A DNA stretch of 55,995 nucleotides, counting the filler, from Squatina squatina (lineage: Eukaryota): the NCBI GenBank assembly GCA_031763465.1. It is 3 parts of 3 records of this genome, joined end to end, with 100 filler letters (N's around TTAATTAATTAA, not from the genome) between each part and the next. Parts side by side here need not be neighbours in the genome. Positions count along the whole stretch, not along the records: positions 30,451 to 55,995 come from JARFOE010000219.1; 2 more parts are not named here. One strand, written 5' to 3'. The notes beneath the pieces are model-generated. The model had not been told where the DNA came from. It made no database searches and saw only the letters and a list, made by a program, of their open reading frames with translations. The translations under genes and the position numbers were made by a program. Below, in pieces: positions 49,182 through 55,995 of the stretch (within the stretch, counting starts at the first letter, position 1; each line of letters opens with the position of its first letter).

Positions 49182-50815
49182 CTGTTGGAAAAGCAAAAGC
49201 TGGTCAGCATTGAGTGCTGATCCTACCCCTTGCTGGTTGATGAGCTTGTCGGTGTTTTCAGCCGAAGTGTTGCTTGGTTGTGAGGCTGCAACGGATTGCG
49301 GAGTAGGCTGCTGAACTTCCACCAGTTGGGACTGAGATTGGGCCTGCATGTGTGGATGGCACTGAGGTGGAGTGTGTGTCTGCTGCAGCCCAAGAGCTGA
49401 CGTTAACTCTGCATCAGTGGAAGGCTGTGGCTGCACAATACTGCTCTTGGAGGTGCTCAACTGCTGAATGTTCATGGCTTGTCCCAAAGGGCCAGTGTTG
49501 TTGAGCACAGTTATCTGATTTGGCAGTGAGACACCCTGTACAACAGTTTGACCCGGCTGTACTACCTTGCGTTGACCAGACGGGTGCGACTGTGAAGCAA
49601 AACCAGCGCCTAGCTGGGCGGGCATCTGAAATAGTGTAGAGGGAGCCAGCTGTCCAGGCTGCAGTTGCAGAGGTCCAGATCAGATATGCGCTGTTCCGTG
49701 GCCGACTGTCAGCGGAGTGTNNNNNNNTGCAAAAACCTGGCCGAAGTTGGTCTGGCTGGTAATCAACGGTCCCGCCACATTTTGGGTGGTCAGGATCTGT
49801 GCAGGCAAGGCCTGGCTGGTGACTAATTGGCCAGATGGTCCTGGACGCCCCATAACGTGAGCCGTGGCTGGCTGTCCAGGGAGACTCTGAGCTGCAGCAC
49901 TTTGCGCAGACAAAATAGTTCCCGTGTGAAGTGCAGAAAGTTGCTGGGGCACGCTGACTGCTGATGCATTGGCCAACTGCCCTGGTAAAATAAATTGGCT
50001 TTGACCTGGGATCACAGCCTGAGGAACTGACTGAGGCTGGATCACGATACTACTCCCCTGGTTCAGAACTTGAACACTGACCGGTTTGCCCACATTTGGC
50101 TGCATTTGTTGTGGTGGTTGTTTGATCAGGTTGGTGGCAATAGTCTGAGCGACTGCCGGGCCTTGCGTTGATAGTAGGACGTTCTGACCTGGGGCTCCTG
50201 CTACAAATGTCAAGTTCTGCTGAGCTTTCTGTTGCTGGAGTGCGGCTTCTGTCTGAATCTTTAATGCTGTCTGAAGAGCAGAGGAGTTTGGGCTAAATGA
50301 AGGCTTTGGGCTTATCTGGACAAGTTTGGGTTGGATATTCACACGGTGCTTTGGCTGAATTGGAGTGGGAGTCCTCTGAATTATCACATTTTGGGTCGAT
50401 ACTGGGGTGTGAACCACCTGGTTACTAATGGACGGTCTAACAGTGACCTGTTGCGTCGAGTGAGAGAGATTTGGATTGGCAAAGAGAGAATTTCCATTTA
50501 GATTGGCGCTCGCGATATTCTTTTGGAACGGTGAAGAAATTGAAGAGCTTAGGGTCACCTGATGCTCTGAAGGTGAGGCAGACAGGTAACTCCCTGAAGG
50601 AAGAGCGGTCATCTGTGGTGACAGACCGGGTTTGGCGATCAATTGTTGATGATGCTGACCAATGGACATCATGGCAGTTTGACCACCATGCTGGTCGACC
50701 ATCTGAATCTGTCCAATCCCGGAGGTTCTAGGGCTGCCATTGGACACGGTCTGAATACTTGCTATCGGCTGTATCGCGACACTGTTCAGTCCGACCTGTT
50801 GAATCAAACGTTGCA
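49182..50815 (-). CDS. GLTSCR1-family (BICRA-like) protein, large Q/P/S-rich exon (5' end lost in gap; in-frame TGA at 49680-49682)
   Basis: ORFs 49680-50807 and 49161-49625 share a frame. Motifs QQVGLNSVAIQPI..NGSP, NVIIQRTPTPIQPK..PKLVQISPKP, QNLTF, KPVSVQVLNQGSSIVI, PGQSQFILPG and LFQMP align with recalled BICRA. Donor CAG|gtcagt at 49182. Confidence 0.9.
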
Positions 50816-50915
50816 NNNNNNNNNNNNNNNNNNNNNNNNNNNNNNNNNNNNNNNNNNNNNNNNNNNNNNNNNNNNNNNNNNNNNNNNNNNNNNNNNNNNN
50901 NNNNNNNNNNNNNNN

Positions 50916-51047
50916 ACCTCCAACAGTGCAGCGGAGGCTCCCTCAGTACTGCACTGCAGTGTCGACCTGGATTATGTCTTCAAGTCTCTGGAGTGGGGCT
51001 TGAACCCAAAGCCTTATGACTGCTATCACTGAGCCACAGCTGACACC
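50916..51047 (-). mobile_element. Deu-domain SINE 5' fragment
   Basis: ctccctcagtactgcactg...caagtctctggagtggggcttgaaccca...cactgagccac is the reverse complement of the SINE head. Confidence 0.75.
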
Positions 51048-51392
51048 GAGGCCTATTCTCCCTGTTCAGTGAGTTCTGCTGGCACACCTATGTGTCAGGA
51101 TGTCAGGTGAGGTCAGAACCAGACTCATTCCCCCAAGCTGGATAACCTGGCAGACACTCACTGCCAAAATTCATTCGTACATAGAAAATGGCCATTGGAG
51201 TGAAATATTGGATGGGGACTGAAAACCATGGTGCCATGTGCAGTTACTGCATTCATGAGGGGAGGGGAGGGAGTTGAAAATATGAGGTACAAAAACACAT
51301 CATCCAAGACAGTAATTCACTGTGGGGTTCATATTTCACTCAAAACTATTACATGTTCAATTTCTATAATTCATGTCATCATTTACTGCCTG

Positions 51393-51700
51393 ACAACAAT
51401 GTGCATTTATATAGCGCCTAACTTTGTAAAACATCTCAAGGGCTTCACAGGAGCATTATGGACAAAATTTGACCGAGTGCAGAAGGGCATGAGGAGTCCA
51501 AAAGCTTGGTGAATGAGGTCGGTTTTAAGAAGCATCTCACAAGAGGAGAGGTAGAGGCACGGAGAGTTTCAGAGTGGGTATTTCAGAGCTGAGGGTCTAC
51601 ACAGCTGAAGGCATGGCCGCCAATGGTGGGGCGAAGGGAGTGGGGGATGTACAAGAGGTCAGGGTTGCAGGAGCGCAGAGATCTCGGAGGGTTGTAGAGC
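51393..51700 (-). mobile_element. L2 LINE 3' end
   Basis: acaacaatgtgcatttatatagcgcc...ctgaaggcatggccgccaatggtg...agatctcggagggttgtag, the same family as 16640-17233. Confidence 0.8.
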
Positions 51701-52349
51701 TGGGCATTGCAAATGGCATTATCCTAAATTATTGAAACAATGGTAAGACCTGTATAGCAAACGGACACCATTGATTCGGGATCCTTCAGCCGATGGGCTG
51801 TTTTCTCTTATGCAAAAAGGGCAGACTGTGGACGTCGAACTGACTATAAGCGAGAAAATATATTACAAGTATATTTCGTGTCTGCAGAGTGTGTCTTTTT
51901 CGACCCTTTTCTGTTAACACATTTCTGGATGTTATTTTCTCTTGCACTGTGGACGCTATCCGTCACATCCAATAAATCCGGAATGTGCATAATAAAAAAA
52001 AGAGGGGGCTTAATTATGTAAATCTAAACAGCAGTAAAAGTTTAACCCAATTAGGAGGAAAGTAATGACGGGGACGATTTATACATTCTAGCTATCGTCG
52101 ATTCCCAACTCCTCCCTCCCCCTCCAATCCATCACTAGCCAAAGAGAGGCCAGACTGAAATAATCTGACCTATTTGGGGGGCAACAAAACATTAAAACCC
52201 GAACGGTTCCCACATACCATCCTATACAAAGGCGAGCTCGCAGTTCCGAGTCTCTCCAGTCCAATGTATCGAGCGAAGGGGGGATACTTACAGCGGACTG
52301 GGCTACGTAATCCGTCTCAATCTGATCGAAGAGGAGCCACACTGAATAC

Positions 52350-52440
52350 CTTGTCCTGCCGACATCTTGTTACTTTGTTCAGGCGGGGAGAGAGAGAAAA
52401 AAAAGGATATGTAGTCTTTGCAAGGGGGGCAATTTTCTTT
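52350..52440 (-). promoter_or_regulatory. Candidate promoter / first exon of the BICRA-like gene
   Basis: Minus strand: GACTACATATCC (ACTACA-type motif, 52405-52416), pyrimidine run, GC box (52382-52388), AACAAGATGTCGGC (YY1-like) and donor AAG|gtattc at 52350; local CpG enrichment at 52070-52390. Confidence 0.4.
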
Positions 52441-53913
52441 TAGATATTTTAGAATGCATACATTAATTTAATAAATCCACTCAGCAGTTTCACAACACAT
52501 TGTTTATACGTATTTTTATTTTTAAAAATCAAAAAATTAGGGTGTGGTCTCATTGTAAAGGTTACACAGCTCATTAAATACTGACAGTATTTTCGCCACC
52601 GTATTATTTCACACACCAATTTTTAGAGAGAATTAACCTGGCGCTGGTTTATTTCCAACGATCAAAGCACTGATTTGGTGCTTGCTGTTAATATCTGGGG
52701 GGGGGGGGGGGAGTTAAAGGGCCCATCGCTCCCCTTTAATACAACACCCCGGTTAACAGTAAGGGGTCTCGGGCTTTTATATANNNNNNNNNNNNNNNNN
52801 NNNNNNNNNNNNNNNNNNNNNNNNNNNNNNNNNNNNNNNNNNNNNNNNNNNNNNNNNNNNNNNNNNNNNNNNNNNNNNNNNNNNNNNNNNNNNNNNNNNN
52901 NNNNNNNNNNNNNNNNNNNNNNNNNNNNNNNNNNNNNNNNNNNNNNNNNNNNNNNNNNNNNNNNNNNNNNNNNNNNNNNNNNNNNNNNNNNNNNNNNNNN
53001 NNNNNNNNNNNNNNNNNNNNNNNNNNNNNNNNNNNNNNNNNNNNNNNNNNNNNNNNNNNNNNNNNNNNNNNNNNNNNNNNNNNNNNNNNNNNNNNNNNNN
53101 NNNNNNNNNNNNNNNNNNNNNNNNNNNNNNNNNNNNNNNNNNNNNNNNNNNNNNNNNNNNNNNNGTAGGTCTCAGCAAATAATCTCTTCAACAACAAAAA
53201 AACCCACCCAAAGGTCTGGAGAGAAACACCTCCTCCCCTCACACTCTGCCAGCCAGGGAGGTGTCACTACACAAAGAAGTTTTTAAAGTCAGGAGACACG
53301 CGCCTTTTGTTGGGGGTTTGTTTCGTTTATTGGTTATTCCCTCCATGATCTGGTTACAAAATCTGACCTGCCTGCAGAGGCTGATACATGTTTATTACAA
53401 AATGATACATTTTCTGTTGCTGCAATGATTCCAATTCTGAGGGATCTGCGGGAGTTCACACAGGGACAAAATATATAGCAACTGCTCCCAAAGAAATGAT
53501 ACTTTCCTTTGTTGTATTGATTTGTTTGTCGGTTCTAGGTGTAGCTTTTTAAAATATATATTTATATCATATCACAGGGAAGAGAGAGAGAAGAATTGTA
53601 ACACTTTAAAAAAGGGACTCACCGCCAATGTGGTTTGCCTTGTCAACGGGGTTTCTTCGCCATCACTTCAGGGGCTGCAAGGGGAGGGGGAGGGGGACAA
53701 GAGTCAAAACACAAGGAGATCAGCTGCTGGCGTCTTGAACTGCAGCCTCCACACACCAGGCAGAAAGGAGATTTATGCAAAGACTCCAATAATTAGCCTC
53801 TGCCGCTTAAAAGNNNNNNNNNNNNNNNNNNNNNNNNNNNNNNNNNNNNNNNNNNNNNNNNNNNNNNNNNNNNNNNNNNNNNNNNNNNNNNNNNNNNNNN
53901 NNNNNNNNNNNNN

Positions 53914-54130
53914 GGGATCGGGAAGGATGAGTAGCATTGACTGGGATTGGGAAAGGTGTGCAGCGGCTGGGATCGGGAAGGGTGGGTAGCATTGACTGGG
54001 ATTGGGAAAGGTGAGTAGCGGCTGGGATCGGGAAGGGTGGGTAGCATTGACTGGGATTGGGAAAGGTGTGCAGCGGCTGGGATCGGGAAGGATGGGTAGC
54101 ATTGACTGGGATTGGAAAAGGTGGGTAGCC
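53914..54130. repeat. 55-bp G-rich minisatellite
   Basis: Units start at 53914, 53969, 54024 and 54079: gggatcgggaagggtgggtagcattgactgggattgggaaaggtgtgcagcggct; begins at a gap edge. Confidence 0.92.
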
Positions 54131-54299
54131 GTGAATGGCGATCAAGGTCGGTCATGGTCGCAGTTAGTGGGGTCAGGGGTGATGTGCTGGCCAGAAGCGG
54201 CCCACGTGATTTGAGTGTGGAGCTGAGAAAGGGAATCTTGTAACTCCTGACTCCACATTCAGGTAAATATATTCAATACTTACCTTGTTGATTGCATGT

Positions 54300-54460
54300 C
54301 TGCTTCATTGGGACCACTTCTGGAGCAGGTGGGACTTGTACAAGCTGGACAAGTTACACCTCAGCAGGACCGGGACCAATATCCTCGCAGGGGAATTTGC
54401 TAGTACTGTTGGGGCAGGTTTAAGCTAACTTGGCAGGGTGAAGGGAACCTGAGAGGATTC
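54300..54460 (+). mobile_element. CR1 LINE ORF1 (SGNH/GDSL esterase-like) C-terminal fragment
   Basis: HWDHFWSRWDLYKLDKLHLSRTGTNILAGEFA resembles the CR1 ORF1 esterase block (W..F......Y..DGLHL...GT..LA..F); CR1 3' tail follows at 54588-54790. Confidence 0.75.
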
Positions 54461-55077
54461 AGAAGGGAGGGAAACAAAGCTAGAAGTNNNNNNNNNNNNN
54501 NNNNNNNNNNNNNNNNNNNNNNNNNNNNNNNNNNNNNNNNNNNNNNNNNNNNNNNNNNNNNNNNNNNNNNNNNNNNNNNNNNNNNNNCACAGGAAGCTGT
54601 TGAGGCCAGTTCATTAGCTATATTCAAAAGGGAGTTAGATGTGGCCCTTACGGCTAGGGGGATCGGGGGTATGGAGAGAAAGCAGGTACGGGGTACTGAG
54701 TTGAAAGATCAGCCATGATCATGTTGAATGGTGGTGCAGGTTCGAAGGGCCTAATGGCCTACTCCTGCACCTATTTTCTATGTTTCTATGAATGCTACTT
54801 CATACCCATTTCTATATCCAGAGGGCTCAAGTACAAATCTTATCAGAAACTGGAATTTAAACTGGTGAATTTTGGCTGGCAGGTTTTACCACTTCTTGAC
54901 GGCATTTATGTAGCATGTTTCCCAAGGGGGGGAAAATCCCAGTCAGAAGTATCCCTTCCACCTATCAGTTATCAGACCAGCAGCAATTATTGAAGGGTCC
55001 AGTGCCTGCCTGCACGGACTGAACAGTAAGGGTTGAGATTTATACTAATGTATTTTTTAAACCTTAAAATCACTAAC

Positions 55078-55176
55078 CTTTGAACAAACAAAGTCAACTA
55101 GTGTTGCTTCTTCTTCACCAATGTATTCTATTATTTTTTTATTGATCCATGGTCTAATGCGGCGGTCCATCAAGTT
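55078..55176 (-). CDS. RBM25: RNA-binding protein 25, PWI-domain exon
   Basis: ttttctttttacag|NLMDRRIRPWINKKIIEYIGEEEATLVDFVCSK|gttagt, 99 nt, nearly identical to the recalled RBM25 PWI domain. Not in the ORF track. Confidence 0.96.
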
Positions 55177-55995
55177 CTGTAAAAAGAAAAAAAGTCAGAA
55201 GATGCACTCAAAATAATGTTATTCAACTGTAACCTAGAAACATGACAAATCCGGTTCAATATTAATCAGCATACCCTCCAATGTAATCAATTCACACAAG
55301 ATAGAATAGGAGATGGGTTTATATCCACAAATCCCCAGGTGGCGAGTTCCCCATTATGGCAGAGCTCTGAGCAGAGGGCAGAGGGGAGAACACACAACTC
55401 AACATCTTGGATTAACTGGAAGCATTAACAGCCCAGCATGCCAGGTGTGTCAGGACGGCTCTCCGGCCTTGCCGCTCGTCAAGTAATTATATTTGAGAAC
55501 TTCAAGTGGAGAAACGCAACATGCTCCAAGCTTCTAATTTTAATAAACAACAATCGGGATTTCACTTCTTGTCGCAGTATTTTTAATTGAATGCTCCGAA
55601 CAAAGGAAAAGATTTCCAAACGGGATGTTTTTCGCAGGTGACAGTAGTCATCCCAGGCGTCGATGTTTCACCCCAGGCGTCGATGTGTTTAATACCAATC
55701 AACTGATTCCCAAGTCAAGCAGCTGCACTTTTCATTTATTTTCTCCTTCCATTCACATGTAAAAATAATTCATTGTAGAATTTTTTCTCGTAAAACTGCT
55801 CAAGAAACTTCCCAATTATAAAAGCCTTTTTGACACATCTAATTTCCCCAGATACTTTAGCCAATTGAAAGAGAGACACAAACACATCTGGTGACAAACA
55901 GTGCTACCATTTAATCCAAAGCAGCATCCAGTTGCTCTGAGCGGGTGGAAAATCCTCCACTTTTTAATCTATTCATGTTCGAGCTGTGGGAGGTG

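Noticed and set aside
49680-49682. Selenocysteine or programmed readthrough explanation for the TGA
   Set aside because: The aligned residue is Leu rather than Cys, there is no CTAG readthrough context, and I identified no SECIS.
53623-53674. Small minus-strand exon-like segment (ttgcag...gtgagt) as a missing RBM25 exon
   Set aside because: Stops in all three frames and no match to the expected VMAHS..QSILDDVAM; at most a non-coding exon.
55651-55687. Short direct duplication cccaggcgtcgatgt
   Set aside because: Two-copy local slippage in an RBM25 intron with no further structure.

Overview
Eukaryotic genomic DNA from a vertebrate, almost certainly a cartilaginous fish (shark-type CR1/L2 LINEs, Deu-domain tRNA SINEs). 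The draft assembly is very gappy, and most long ORFs in the supplied track are N-run artefacts. Two artificial 100-nt spacers (N44-TTAATTAATTAA-N44, at 15470-15569 and 30351-30450) split the window into three unrelated pieces. Piece 1 (1-15469) is mostly repeats, with at most a weak unidentified two-exon candidate. Piece 2 (15570-30350) has three tyrosine hydroxylase exons and two IGF2 exons on + (TH-IGF2 synteny; no insulin exon is visible). Piece 3 (30451-55995) has, all on the minus strand, four STARD9/KIF16A exons, a GLTSCR1-family (BICRA-like) gene and an RBM25 PWI-domain exon. The best lead is the BICRA-like gene. It sits in an RBM25-STARD9 neighbourhood (human 14q24/15q15 type), where neither BICRA nor BICRAL lies in mammals. 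It carries both BICRA-type and BICRAL-type C-terminal motifs and has an in-frame TGA in its large exon. It may be a third GBAF/ncBAF subunit ohnolog lost in mammals; this is an inference that needs phylogeny and a better assembly. Gene identities come from recalled protein motifs, not database searches.
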